In this document: positions 18,322-30,300 of the stretch, piece by piece
How the letters are laid out: every line of letters begins with the position of its first letter
Numbering within the stretch: the stretch's first letter is position 1
Source of the DNA: Planctomycetota bacterium
GTDB taxonomy: Bacteria; Planctomycetota; JAJSAM01; JAJVHW01
DNA: 64,000 nucleotides
Assembly: GCA_965248445.1 (NCBI GenBank)
Contig: CBDFJG010000004.1
Location: 1,024,001 to 1,088,000, forward strand
Direction of reading: 5' to 3'
Program-made: the position numbers and the translations under genes
The notes under the pieces: model-generated
Database searches by the model: none
What the model was told of the DNA's origin: nothing
Seen by the model: the letters and a program-made list of their open reading frames with translations, nothing else

Positions 18322-19343
18322 GCAGTTCAGAGACAGCGGTGTCGGCCGAGGCCGCCCGCGAAGCGGCCTCGCGCTTCCGCGAAGTGCATGAACGCATCCG
18401 CGAGCAGGTCGCACGGATGATGGTCGGGCAGGTCGACGTCGTCGACGGCGTGCTGGCCGCGTTGTTCGCCGGTGGCCACGTGTTGCTCGAGGGTGTGCCG
18501 GGACTCGGCAAGACGATGCTCGTGCGGTGCCTCGGCAAGGCACTGGATCTGCGCTTCTCACGCATCCAGTTCACCCCCGACATGATGCCCGCGGATGTCG
18601 TCGGCACGTCGGTGCTCGTCCCAGACGAGGACGGCGGGCACCGCCTCGAGTTCCAGGAAGGGCCGATCGTGGCGAACCTGATCTTGGCCGACGAGATCAA
18701 CCGCGCGACGCCGAAGACGCAGTCCGCGATGCTCGAGGCGATGCAGGAGCGGCAGCTCTCCATCGGCCGCCGCACGCTGAAGCTCGAGGAGCCGTTCTGC
18801 GTCATGGCGACGCAGAATCCGATCGAGCAGGAGGGCACGTATCCGCTGCCCGAGGCGCAGCTCGACCGGTTCCTCTTCAAGCTGGTTGTCGGCTACCCCG
18901 CGGAACGCGAGTACGTCGAGATCCTGGACCGGACGACCAGCGATACCGAAGTCGAGATTCAGGCGGTCTCGAGCGCGAACGAGATCGTCGAGTTGCGCGA
19001 CGTAGTCCGCGCAGTGCCGGTGCCCGATCACGTCAAGTCGTATGCCGTTCGCCTCGTGATGGGCACGCAGCCGGGCAGCGACTACTCGCCGGAACTCGTC
19101 AACGAGAACGTGGCGCTCGGTTCGAGCCCGCGCGGCGCGCAGGGGTTGCTCCTCGGCGCGAAAGTGCGGGCGCTGCTCGGTAGTAGGCATGCGGCCGGCA
19201 CGGACGACGTGAAGGACGTGGCGCTGTCCGTGCTGCGTCACCGGGTTCTCGTCAACTTCCAGGGGCAGGCCGACGGTGTGACGCCGGACAAGATCGTGCG
19301 CGCGGTGCTCGATCACGTCCCGCCGCCGCACGGCAACGTCTGA
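18318..19343 (+). CDS. moxR: MoxR family AAA+ ATPase
   Basis: GHVLLEGVPGLGKT, RIQFTPDMMPAD, ADEINRATPKTQSAMLEAMQE, ATQNPIEQEGTYPLPEAQLDRF. Confidence 0.97.
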   Translation: MSSSETAVSAEAAREAASRFREVHERIREQVARMMVGQVDVVDGVLAALFAGGHVLLEGVPGLGKTMLVRCLGKALDLRFSRIQFTPDMMPADVVGTSVLVPDEDGGHRLEFQEGPIVANLILADEINRATPKTQSAMLEAMQERQLSIGRRTLKLEEPFCVMATQNPIEQEGTYPLPEAQLDRFLFKLVVGYPAEREYVEILDRTTSDTEVEIQAVSSANEIVELRDVVRAVPVPDHVKSYAVRLVMGTQPGSDYSPELVNENVALGSSPRGAQGLLLGAKVRALLGSRHAAGTDDVKDVALSVLRHRVLVNFQGQADGVTPDKIVRAVLDHVPPPHGNV

Positions 19344-20242
19344 TGGCCGACGCGCCGCTGACCGTCTCGGACCTCGTCGACGCGGAGTTCCTCTCGTCGA
19401 TCGACCGGTTGCGCATCGTCGCCAACCGAGTCGATCCGGGCGGCCGCTTCGCCGACCAGCGTTCGCGCGAGTCCGGCAGCGGCATCGAGTTCCGCGACTA
19501 CCGCCCGTACTCATCGGGCGACGATTTGCGCGCCGTCGATTGGAACATCTACCGCCGGCTCGGGCGGGTGTTCGTGCGGCTCTTCGAGGAGATGGAGGAC
19601 CTGCCGCTCTACTTGCTGCCCGACGCGTCGCGGAGCATGTTCGTCGAAACGCCGCCCCGCGCGATTGCCGCCTATCGCACGGCGTTGGCACTCGCGTCGA
19701 TCAGCGTCAACCACCACGACACAGTCACGCTCATGCCGTTCGCGGAGGGGCTGCAGCCCGTCTCGCGGCCATCGTCCGGTCCCGGCGCGGTGCTGCGTCT
19801 GGCCCGCCGGCTGGCGGACGTGCGACCCGGGAACGGCTCCGAGCTCTCGGCGGCGATCGACAAGATCGGTCACATGCGCCTGCGCCGCGGAGTGCTGGTC
19901 GTGGTGTCCGACTTCTTCGACCCCGCGGGCATCGACGACGTCGTGAAGACCCTGCGCCGGGTTCGGCACCGCCTGCTCTTGATCCAGGTGACGCGTACCG
20001 CGGACCGGGAGCCGGACCTCTCCGGCGACGTGCGCGTGCGCGACTGTGAGAGCGGCTCCGCGGAGGACGTGTCGGTCACCCCCCACGTGATGGAGCGCTA
20101 CCGCGCGGCGTACGACCGGTTCGAGAGTGTAATCGCTGACGTCGCGCGTTCGCGCTCGGCGGGCCTCCTGCGGCTTGACGCCGACGCGCCGGTCGTGCCG
20201 CAACTCGTCGAACTGTTTCGCAGCGGGAGCTACGTCGCGTGA
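19343..20242 (+). CDS. DUF58 domain protein
   Basis: GSGIEFRDYRPYSSGDDLRAVDWN, DASRSM, VVVSDF; follows moxR. Confidence 0.93.
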   Translation: MADAPLTVSDLVDAEFLSSIDRLRIVANRVDPGGRFADQRSRESGSGIEFRDYRPYSSGDDLRAVDWNIYRRLGRVFVRLFEEMEDLPLYLLPDASRSMFVETPPRAIAAYRTALALASISVNHHDTVTLMPFAEGLQPVSRPSSGPGAVLRLARRLADVRPGNGSELSAAIDKIGHMRLRRGVLVVVSDFFDPAGIDDVVKTLRRVRHRLLLIQVTRTADREPDLSGDVRVRDCESGSAEDVSVTPHVMERYRAAYDRFESVIADVARSRSAGLLRLDADAPVVPQLVELFRSGSYVA

Positions 20243-21906
20243 GCTTCGCGCGCTTCGGACCGCTGGGGGTGCTCCTCGGTCTGGCCGGCCTGGCCGGTGT
20301 GCTCTACCTGCTGCATCGCCTGCGGGTTCGGCACCGCGAGCACGAGGTCGTGACGACACTCTTCTGGCGGGAGGCAGTCGAGGACGTGCGCGCCCGTGTG
20401 CTGGTGAGGCGGTTCCGCCAGCCGCTGGCATATGCGCTGATGTGCGCGATCGCCGCAGCGCTGTGGCTGGGAGTTTCGGGACCGAGCATCGAGCCGGGCG
20501 ACGTTCGCGACCATGTCATCCTGCTCGACGCGTCCGCGGGCATGATCCGCGGCGGTCGCCTCGCCGACGCGGTCGACGCGGCGCAGGCACGTGTTCGGGC
20601 GCTGCCCCGGGCCCGCACTCGCGTGGTGGTCTGTGGCGCGCGTCCTGAGACAGCGCTCCTGCCGGGCGAGGACGAGGTGTTGCTCGCGGCCCGGCTCCAC
20701 GATCTCCAGCCAGCCTCCTGTCCCCCGACCACTGGCGACGCTGTGCGGAGCATCCTCCGCGCACCACATGAGAACCCGGTGACCGTGCATGTCATCGGCG
20801 ATCTGCCGGAGACGGTGCCCGGCGGGGCGAACGTCGTCGTCGAGGTCACGCCGATCGCGGCGCAGGACGCGCCGAACGCCGGTATCACTTCGATCGGTGT
20901 CACGCCTGCACGTTCGGGGCGCCGCGGCGTCGTGGACGTCTTCGTCGAGACACGCAGCGACGCGGGCGCTGCGCCCGAGGCAGTGTTGTCAGTCGCGGGT
21001 CGGGAGACGGTCCTGCTGTCGGGCGATGACGCTGTTCGGCAGGCGCTGCACCTGGATGTCCCGGCCGGCGCCGGCACAGTGGAGGCGCGGATCGCGGGCA
21101 GTGACGCCATCGTGGCCGATGACACCGCGTCGATCCGTCTGCCGTCGGACACGCCGATCCGTGTGCGCGTGGACGATGCGCTGCGGCCGGTGATCGAGGC
21201 GGTGACTGCGGCCGCGCCCGACCTTGTTCTCGTGGACGCCGCGGCTGACGTGACGGTCACGCGCGACCGGCGACAGGTCGATCAGCCCACGCTGACAGTG
21301 GCGGATCCGGATGCCGGACACGCCATTCACGTGACACACCCGGGAGGCCGCTCGGCCGCGGCGGTGCTCGACGAGATCGTCGCCGCGCTGTCTCTCGATG
21401 CCATCGACGCAACCGGACTCGCGCGGCGAGCGGGCCGAGCTGTCTCGGTCGGAGTCGAGCCCGGCGACACGCGGCAGCTGCGCGTCTGGCCGGCGTTTCT
21501 GGGGGACGACAGCGCTCTGCACGCGGCCCGCACGCACCCGGTGTTCATCGCCGGCGCGCTCCGATGGCTGGCTGGTCGCGCCGACACGCCGTCGTTCGCC
21601 GCTGCCGGTGAGCGCGTTCCCCAGCTGCGAGGCACACTCGTCGCCGCCGACGGTGCGCGCCAGGACGCGCTCGGCGCGGCGTTGACGCTCCCTCGTGCCG
21701 GCGACTACAGCGACGAGCGCGGCGAGACCGTGTCCGTCAGTCTCTCGTCTCCGTTCGTTACGACGGGTAACAGAGGCGAGAGCGCCGCGCCTACCGCGGC
21801 GCCGTCCGGCGGTGGCAGCACCGGCCTTGTCACCCTTCTCGGTGTCGTGGCTTTGGTGCTCCTTCTCGTCGAGTGGATGGCACATCGCACGGGGCGGATG
21901 GCGTGA
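20239..21906 (+). CDS. BatA N-terminal + vWA domain membrane protein
   Basis: LYLLHRLR..REHEVVTTLFW (BatA-like), ILLDASAGM, C-terminal TM LLLVEW. Confidence 0.85.
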   Translation: MSFARFGPLGVLLGLAGLAGVLYLLHRLRVRHREHEVVTTLFWREAVEDVRARVLVRRFRQPLAYALMCAIAAALWLGVSGPSIEPGDVRDHVILLDASAGMIRGGRLADAVDAAQARVRALPRARTRVVVCGARPETALLPGEDEVLLAARLHDLQPASCPPTTGDAVRSILRAPHENPVTVHVIGDLPETVPGGANVVVEVTPIAAQDAPNAGITSIGVTPARSGRRGVVDVFVETRSDAGAAPEAVLSVAGRETVLLSGDDAVRQALHLDVPAGAGTVEARIAGSDAIVADDTASIRLPSDTPIRVRVDDALRPVIEAVTAAAPDLVLVDAAADVTVTRDRRQVDQPTLTVADPDAGHAIHVTHPGGRSAAAVLDEIVAALSLDAIDATGLARRAGRAVSVGVEPGDTRQLRVWPAFLGDDSALHAARTHPVFIAGALRWLAGRADTPSFAAAGERVPQLRGTLVAADGARQDALGAALTLPRAGDYSDERGETVSVSLSSPFVTTGNRGESAAPTAAPSGGGSTGLVTLLGVVALVLLLVEWMAHRTGRMA

Positions 21907-24341
21907 GTCTCGTCTTCCAATCGCCCGCATGGCTTTGGCTGCTCGCGCTCGTTCCGCTGGTGTGGTTCATGCCGCGTCGCCTGCGCGATGTCCCACACGG
22001 CATGCTGCGCTCTCTCTGTCTCGCACTTCTCGTGCTCGGGTTGGCGCGCCCGGCGCTGCTCTCGCAAGGTGGCGCTGAGCACCACGCGATCATCGTGGAC
22101 ACCTCGGCGAGCGTCGCAGCCGATGCGCGCGCCCAGGCCGGCGCGCGTGCGACCGCGCTCGTGACCGGCGCGCGAGGAGGCGAACGCATCGTGCGGATCG
22201 ACGTCGGCGACGCCACCGCGTCGCCGCTCGGCGCCGCCCTTGCGGCTGCGCTGCGCGAGATCCCGGTCAGCGCGGCGGGCTCCGTGACGGTGTTCTCCGA
22301 CGGCCTGTCGACGGAGCGTGACATCTCGCGCGAGATCGCCGCGCTCTCGGCGCGCGGCGTGCCGGTGCACGTCGTACCGCTGCCTGCTGCCGCCGGGCCG
22401 CCACGGCCGACGGCCCTCGAGCCCACCGGACTACTGCGCGCCGGCCACACCGCGCGCTTGCGTGTGGATCTCGCCGGAACGGGCACGGCCGACGTTCGGC
22501 TCGTCGGGCCCGGTGGTGAGCTTGCGCGGGCGGACGGCGTCGTGTGCGACGGCGCGGTGTCGGTCCACCTCGAGATCGAACCGGCCGAGGCCGGCTTCCT
22601 CCCTCTCCGCGTCGTGACCGGCGACGGAGTCGGCTCCGCTCTCGCGCGCACTGTGCCTGTAGATCGCCCGCTGCGCGTGCTGCACCTCGGAGGACGCGTA
22701 GGCGATGGCGGCGCCCGGCTCGAGGACCTGCTCGGCGCGGGGTTCGACCTCGACGAGCAGGATGTCACGCCAGGCGCCGACCGGCTCGCGTCGTACGACG
22801 CCATCGTGGTAGACGACCGCCCGGTGGAGTCACTCCCCGACGACGAGCAGACTCGGCTCGCCGCGGCGGTCTCCGCCGACGGCGCCGGACTCCTGATGTG
22901 TGGAGGCGGCGGAGTGTTCGGCCCGGGCGGCTACCACGACACGCCGCTCGGCGACATCCTCCCGGTGGAGTGTGCGCAGAAAGAGGAGAAGCGCGATCCG
23001 AGCACGACGCTCGTCGTGATCATCGACACGTCCGGCTCGATGGGGGGCACGCGCGTGCAACTGGCCAAGGAGGTCGCGCGACTCGCGATCCGCCGCCTGC
23101 TGCCGCACGACAAGGTCGGCATTGTGGAGTTCTTCGGAGCGAAGCGCTGGGCCGCGCCGATCCAGCCCGCCTCGAACTCGATCGAGATCGAACGGGCGCT
23201 GAACCGCCTGGACGCCGGCGGTGGCACCGTGATCCTGCCCGCGATCGAAGAGGCGTTCTACGGTATGCAGAATGTGCAGACGCGCTTCAAGCACGTCCTC
23301 GTACTGACGGACGGCGGAGTCGAGCGGGGCGCGTTCGAACCAATGTTGCGCCGCATGGCCGACGAAGGGATGAACGTGTCGACTGTCCTCATCGGCCCCG
23401 AGGCGCACAGCGAGTTCCTCGTCAGCATGTCGAACTGGGGAAAGGGCCGCTTCTACAACGTCCCCAACCGGTTCAATCTGCCGGAGCTGATGTTGAAGCA
23501 GCCGACCACGGCGCGTCTCCCGGCGTATCGCCCGGGTGTGCAGCCGGTCACGGCGCACGGCGGCCCGTCGTGGTGGGGCGACGTGAATCCCGCATCGCTG
23601 CCTCCGATCTCCGGACACGTCGAGACGGTTGCGCGGCCAGGTGCCGAAGTGCTCGTCGAGACGGCGGCCGGCGCCCACCCCGTGTTGGCGAGCTGGGCGT
23701 ACGGACTCGGACGCGTCACCGCGCTGACGACCGAGCCCGTCGGACCCGGGACGGCGACGTGGCGCGAGTGGAAGGACTACGGTCGCGTGCTGGCACGCGT
23801 GCTGACCCGCACAGCGACGCGATCACCGCCGTTCCTGTTCGATCTGCACCGGGACGGGGGCATGGTTACGGTGCGCGCCGCCCGCGTGACGACGCGTGAC
23901 GTCCGGCCCGAGGTCCGCACGCTCGACGCGTCCGGCGAGCAGTCGGAGCCGGTCGCGATGCGACAGCGGGCCGACGGCATCTACACCGCGCGCATTCCTG
24001 CCGCCGACGGGGAGGACCTTCGGCTGGCGGCCGGCGCAGCGGGCGCGCCGGAGTCGAGGCTCGTCTCGCCCGCCGTCGCCGAGCACGCGCGCGAGTTGCA
24101 GGTCGATCCGCGCCACGCGCTCGACCTGGTCGCACTGGCGGAGGCGACGGGAGGTGAGGTCGTGGAACTCGCCGGCGCCGCCGCGTTCCGTCCGCGGGCC
24201 GCAGGCGGTCTGAACGCCCGCACCGCGACATCGCTGCTCCCGCTCGCGTGGTTGCTGGCGATCCTCGCGTACCTCGCCGATCTGCTTCATCGTCGTTTCC
24301 CGCGGCGTTTTCCCCGGCGCGCGCAAGAGGGTGTGTCGTGA
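21903..24341 (+). CDS. vWA + glutamine-amidotransferase-like domain membrane protein
   Basis: GTGA overlap; IVDTSAS and IIDTSGSM MIDAS motifs, VLTDG, GAGLLMCGG..FGPGGY..TPL..ILPV, WAYGLGRV, C-terminal TM. Confidence 0.88.
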   Translation: MSLVFQSPAWLWLLALVPLVWFMPRRLRDVPHGMLRSLCLALLVLGLARPALLSQGGAEHHAIIVDTSASVAADARAQAGARATALVTGARGGERIVRIDVGDATASPLGAALAAALREIPVSAAGSVTVFSDGLSTERDISREIAALSARGVPVHVVPLPAAAGPPRPTALEPTGLLRAGHTARLRVDLAGTGTADVRLVGPGGELARADGVVCDGAVSVHLEIEPAEAGFLPLRVVTGDGVGSALARTVPVDRPLRVLHLGGRVGDGGARLEDLLGAGFDLDEQDVTPGADRLASYDAIVVDDRPVESLPDDEQTRLAAAVSADGAGLLMCGGGGVFGPGGYHDTPLGDILPVECAQKEEKRDPSTTLVVIIDTSGSMGGTRVQLAKEVARLAIRRLLPHDKVGIVEFFGAKRWAAPIQPASNSIEIERALNRLDAGGGTVILPAIEEAFYGMQNVQTRFKHVLVLTDGGVERGAFEPMLRRMADEGMNVSTVLIGPEAHSEFLVSMSNWGKGRFYNVPNRFNLPELMLKQPTTARLPAYRPGVQPVTAHGGPSWWGDVNPASLPPISGHVETVARPGAEVLVETAAGAHPVLASWAYGLGRVTALTTEPVGPGTATWREWKDYGRVLARVLTRTATRSPPFLFDLHRDGGMVTVRAARVTTRDVRPEVRTLDASGEQSEPVAMRQRADGIYTARIPAADGEDLRLAAGAAGAPESRLVSPAVAEHARELQVDPRHALDLVALAEATGGEVVELAGAAAFRPRAAGGLNARTATSLLPLAWLLAILAYLADLLHRRFPRRFPRRAQEGVS

Positions 24342-27300
24342 GGGGCGCCCGCGCCGTTCTGCTCGCACTCGCCCTGGCGGTGCCGGCGATGGCTCGCGCC
24401 GCGGACGCGGAGAAGCCCGAGCTCGACGCGTCGGTCCACGCGGCGCTCGCCGCCGCGCGAGAGGACCCGACGTCCGCCGCCGCCATCGCCGGGCTCGTTG
24501 ACGCGTGCGTCACAGCACACGGCGACGTCGGACCTCTCGTCGACGAGCTCACGCGCTTGCTCGGCGACGAGTCGATCGCGTCCGGCGACCGGAAGAGTAC
24601 GGAGCTCGTGCAGCTCGACGTGTTGCACCGCCGCGGCGACATCCGGCAGGCGCGCAAGCTCGCCGACCAGATGATCAAGGAGGATGATGACCCGGCCCTG
24701 GCCCTCCGGCGCGCGCGGCTTCTGGACGCACTGGGGCGCGGGAAGCTCGCGAAGACGGCCTACGAGGAGGTTCTCCCGCGGCTGACGGACGACGAGCAGA
24801 TCACGACCGTGCGGCTGCGGCTCGCGCTCCTGAATCGTGAGGAGCTCGGCGGCGGCGCCAGTTCCGGCACCCGCAGGAGCGGGATGATGATCATCATGTC
24901 GTCCGGCGGGTCGGTGCGCGGCGGTGCGAACAAGCGGCTGTCCCGCCCTCCGCCGGAATCCGGTGCGGCGCTCGCGGAATTCGCCGATCGCGACGGACTC
25001 GATGTCGCGCTGCGCAACCGAGCCGCCGCCGTGCTGGGAATGCTGGGTCATCCGGACCGCGCCGCGGACCTGCTCGTGCCGACCGGCGACGCCCGGAATC
25101 GGTTCCGGCAGGCCATCCGGCGCGCCGAGTGGGCCGTCAGTGCGCGTTCGTGGGACCGCGCGAAGGAACTCGCCTGGGCTGCGCTGGATGCGGCTCGATT
25201 CCGTCGGGACCGTGTGTACGCGCTCTCGGTCTTGGTCGAAGCCCACCGCGGCGGGGGCGCGCTGCAGGAACTGGTCGATCGTTTCGCCGCGATGGAGACG
25301 GTGAAGGACGACGTCCGCCGAACGTGGATCGACGCGCTTCGCGAGATTGGCAACGTGAAGGAGGCGCTCCGGCTGTTCCGCCAGTCCACCGGAGGCTCGT
25401 TCACCGCGCCGATGCGCCGCGAACTCCTCGAACTCTGCCGCCAGTCCGGAGACGACGCCGTTCTGCGCGACGCGTACGACGAGCTCGTAGACGCCGAGCC
25501 CGCGCGCGTCGAGTGGCGCGAGGGCCTCGCACGCTTCCATCTCGAGCGCGGCGACCGCGAGGCGGCCGCGGCGGCCTTCCGCGATCGGGCGCCCGATCCG
25601 GAGGACGCGACCTACCGTCTTGCAGCAGCGGGCGCGACGTCCTCCCTGGGGCTGCATGACCTGGCGATGGAACTCCTCGAACGCTGCGTCGAAGACGGGG
25701 ACGGCCGCTACGAGGCACTGATCTTCCAGTCCGATCTGCACCGGCGCCGCGGTGACTTCAAGGAGTCCGAGGCGGCACTCGATCGCATGGACGAGATGGC
25801 TCCGCCCGACGAAGCGGCACGCATGCAGCTGTCCGATGCGTTCGAGCAACTGGGCCGGCTGGACCGCGCCGTCGAGGTGATCGAGAAGGTCGTGGAGTCG
25901 CGCGGCGCGGACAGTGCCGGCGAGGACCTCTCGATGCGCCTGGCCTGGCTGCACTCCGAACTCGGCAACGAGGAGGACGCGCTGGTCGCTTGGCGCGAGC
26001 TGTGGGAACGCGTGGACTCGATCGCCCGCCGCCGCTACGTCGAAGACCGCCTCATGACCGTGGCGTCGCGTCTCGGCACGCTTGCGGACATCGTCGTGGA
26101 ACTCGAGGAACGGCTCGCTGCGGGCGACGCCGACCCGCGCGCGAGTGGATTGCTCATACGTATCTACACGCGAGTCGCCGACGCGGTCTCCGCGGCCGAG
26201 GTCATCGACGAGTTCATGAAGCTCACGGGCGGTGACGAGATCAAGGCACTGAACGAGAAGTCGTTCGTCTACCTCGCGTGCACGGATTACCGGAACTATG
26301 AGGCGACCATCGAGGAACTCCTCGAGCGCGACCCCGAGAACACCGGCGAGTACCTGCAGCAGCTCGCGATGAGCAAGCTCGAGCGCGGCCGCCTCGACCA
26401 GGCGCGCGGCGTGCTGGAGCGCCTGCGGAAGGTCGAGGACCCGGGCGTCGGCGCCGAATTCGAGGCCGGCGTGCTCGCGATGGCGGGGCTGCGCAAGGAA
26501 GCGGCGCACGCGTACCGGCGTGCGGTCGTGGGGCGCCCCGATCACATCGACGTGTACCTGTTGCTCGGAAAGACGCTCAAGGAGCTGGGGCAACAGGAGC
26601 GCGCCGTCGGCATGTTCCAGTACTTGGTCGAGCACGCGGAACGGGACGACCTCTTCACGATCGCCGTGGACGGGCTGCTCAACCTCGAGGCGCCGCCGCA
26701 CGTCCTGAAGTGGGCACGCCGCGTGACGTACGAACGTCTCGCGTCGCGGCACGACAAGACGTACCTCTACCAGCTCGTCGCGGATCTCTCCGAAGAGCTG
26801 AACGACTTCGATTCGATGATCCGCGCCCACGCCGCGTCGCTGCCGATCGCCGGCGAGCGCCGCACTTCGCTCCTGCGCGAGTTGATGGACCTCTGCGGAC
26901 AGCAGAACTACCAGTCGCTGCGATTGCGATACGGCCGGAGGCTGCTCGGCACGGACGAGGTCGTCCCGCCTCAGGTCTACCTGGACCTCGGCGAGGCGTT
27001 CCTCGGCGCCGGGGATGCCGCGGGCGCGGCGAAGACGTTTGCCCGCGCGGCCGATCTGCCCGACCAGGGCGGATTCCAGCGCAAGGTCGCGGACTCGTTC
27101 CAGCGCCGCAGATACCTGACGCGCGCGCTCGACGTGTACCGCCGTGTCCTGGTCGGCGAGGCGGACGACGTCGCGGTACTCGTCAAGGTCGCCGAACTCT
27201 GCGAGCAACTCGGCACGGACGAGGAGGCGCACGACACCTGGGGCCGCATCGTGGACCTGCTGCTGCGCCGACGGCCGCTCTCGGTGGTGAAGGGCAAGGA

Positions 27301-30300
27301 AGAGGAGGTCGACGACCGCAACCCGTGGGCAGCGTGGTACGCAAAGAACGTCGATGCGTTCGACGAGCACTTCGATAGTGCCGCGGCGGGTCTCCTCGCG
27401 ACGCTTCCGGATGACGCTGCGGGTCTCGCACTCGCCGCCGCGGCCGCGACCGACGTGCGTGCGGACCTCGCGCGGCTGGCGGCGGAGGCGCCGGACGACG
27501 CCGAGGCGGAGATCACGCTGGACACCTACCCGCGAGTCCGCGACCGGGCTGCGTTCGTGCGCCGCGTCGCCACGGCTTGCGGTGATCCCGCCGTGGCGGA
27601 CGACCTCGACCTCGCCCTGCTCGCCGCGCTCCGGGATGACGAGAAGCTGCTCGAGACGCTTTGCCGCGGGCGCTTGGAACAGGGACTGATCGCATCTGCG
27701 CGAAGGCTCGTGAAGGAGAGCGTGCAGCCCGAGGAGCGCAAGGCGGCGCTGCGATACCTCGTCGGCCTGGGGTCTTCCGAGGCGGCGCCCGGACGCGTGC
27801 CGGTGAAGGAGGCGGTGGGCCTCCTCCTGCCGCTGCTCCGCGACGGCAAGACCGATCAGCTCGTGACGCTCCTCCGGCAGGTCGACATCGACGCAGCTGG
27901 GAAGGACGAACTCGATGCGTTCGCTCCGCTTCTCTGGACGTCCATCCTGCTGGAGGACGTCGACCTGACGCTGCGCATGGGACGCCGCTGGGTGCGCGTC
28001 GCCGCCAAGCATGCGCCGCAACACGAGGTCACGGGCATCGTCGACCTGATCCTCTCGCGCACGAGCCGCCTCCTGAACACGGCGCAGCACCGCAGCCTGG
28101 CCGATGCGCTCATCACGCATATCGCCGACGATCCCGAGAAGAACAGCGGTCTTGTGTCCGCGCTTCCGGGGATCCAGGAGCGCTTCGAGGAACCTCTGCT
28201 CACGACCGAGCAGGCACTCGAGTTCATCGCGGCGATGGCTGAGAAGCGCTCTTGGGGCATGGGCGCCGTGCTGAGTCTGATCGAGGAGAACGAGGCGCTG
28301 AGCGCACTGCGCACGGCGGTCGACAAGACTCCGGAGAACCAGCGCGCGGTGGTGATGCCGCAGCTCATCGGCGGACTGGAAATCGCCGCCGACGAAGACC
28401 TCGCCGCGTTCGCCGTCGCCACGTTCGAGAGGTCGCTCGACGACGTGCAGGACGAGTGGTACCTGCGCTACCTGCTGCAGAACTCGCCGGTACAGAACGG
28501 CGAGAACCTACCTATCTTCCTGCGGTTCGCGGAGGTGCTGGTGGAGAAGAAGCCCGAGATCGAGCAGAACTCGGTCGCGCTCGCGCAGACGCTCCACGCG
28601 CTCGGTAGGACGGACGAGGCGCTCGACATCGCGGCGGAGCAATACCGGAAGCTCGCCCGCGCCGGCACCCAGGACTGGCAGAAGAACAGCGCCCGCAGCA
28701 TGCTCACGATGACGTTCCTGCCGGATCACCGCGATCGCTTCGAAGCGGTGCTCGACGACATGGAAGAGCAGGAGGGCAAGGACGCGATCCTGGCGCTCCG
28801 CCGGATCGAGCTGTTCCAGAGCGGCGCGACCCGGCTGCAGATGCTCGATGCGCTGCGGACTGCGCACGAGAAGCACCCGAAGGACGAGCAGATCCGAACC
28901 CGCTATGTCCAGCAGCTCCGGTCGGTCGGACGGCGTCGCCACGTGATCGGTGTTCTGGGCGCGGCACTCGAGAGAGAGCCGTCCAATCGCCAGCTCGAAC
29001 AGCAGATCGTGAGTGAGTGGCGGAGCATGGATCACCCGGTCAAGGCGCTTGCCGAGCAGGAGCGTTTCGCTGCGGCGCACGCCGACGGTGACGAGGACGA
29101 GCTCGCGCCCCGCGGCCCCGACGAACGGGCTCCGCTGCCGACGATCTCCGAGATGAAGAAGGCGCTCGAGGCAGGCGACGAGGAGACCGTCCGCACGATC
29201 TACCGCCGCATGTGGCGCCAGTTCGGGACGAACTCGCGTTTCATCTCCATGTACCGGACCAACCGCATCGAGAACATGTGGTGGCCCGTGGCGCGGACGC
29301 AGGACGGCCCTCCACCGAGGGGCGGGCTGGAGGGATTCGACGACCTGCGTGAGACCGAGCCGTTCGTGCGCACATCCGCGCACGACGTGTTGGCAGAGCA
29401 CGAGTTCGGCCGCGACGAGCTGCGTCGCATCGTGCGCACGCTCGAGGGACGCGATGTCGACACGGTCCCATCGGTGCACAAGGCCCTGGTCACCTCGAGC
29501 GCAAAGGGTGACACCGCGGGCGCGGTGGCGCGGCTCGTCAACCTGGTCCGTTCGGGCAAGGGCGGACGCATCGAGAACGCGCTGCTTCTCGAGCTGCTGG
29601 CCGAGCACCCCGAGTCCGCCGGCGCGGACGCACGCGAGGTTCTCGATGAGCTGACTGCGAACGTTTCACCTGACGACGGTGCAGCGATTCGGCGCCTTGC
29701 GCGCATCCACGCCAAGCTGGGCGATGCCGGCGGCGCGAAGCGGCTCTACCGTTACTGCGCGCACCTCTCGACGGCCGGATACTCGTGGGGCGTGCAACGC
29801 TACGTCCCGATCCAGGCGCGCGAACTCGTCGACGACGTGCTGGAAAACGTCACGGGCGAGGCGCTGGCCGAGGTCCTGGACACGCTCATGCGCACGGCCG
29901 ATCCGGGACCGAAGCACTGGGGGCGCGACGGCTTCGAGATGCTCGTTCTCGACACTTGGGAGAAGGCGTTCGACGCGGACACGGCGCTGCGGCGAGGTGC
30001 CCACATCGTCGAGAACGTGCGCGACACAGAACACGCGTACAAGCGGGGCACCGCCCGTGCCGCGGCTTACCTCCTGGCGCGCGCCGGGCGCACCGACGAG
30101 GCGATGGCGTGCCTCGAATTCGCCATCTGCCGTCCGGAGGAGACCGCCGAGTCGCTGACGCTCCCGGCGTGGGAGCGTCAGCGGCGGTTCATGGGCATCA
30201 CGCTGAACACCAACGACGTCCGCCGCATGTTCCCGGCTCCCGGCGGCGACTGGCAGCCGTCACCGGCGTGGCTCTCGCGATCTGCGGACGCACTCGCCCA

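Noticed and set aside
24287..28120. 1277-aa antisense ORF and many other long shadow ORFs
   Set aside because: They lie opposite or overlap well-supported genes. Long open antisense frames are expected in high-GC DNA, and they show no family motifs.
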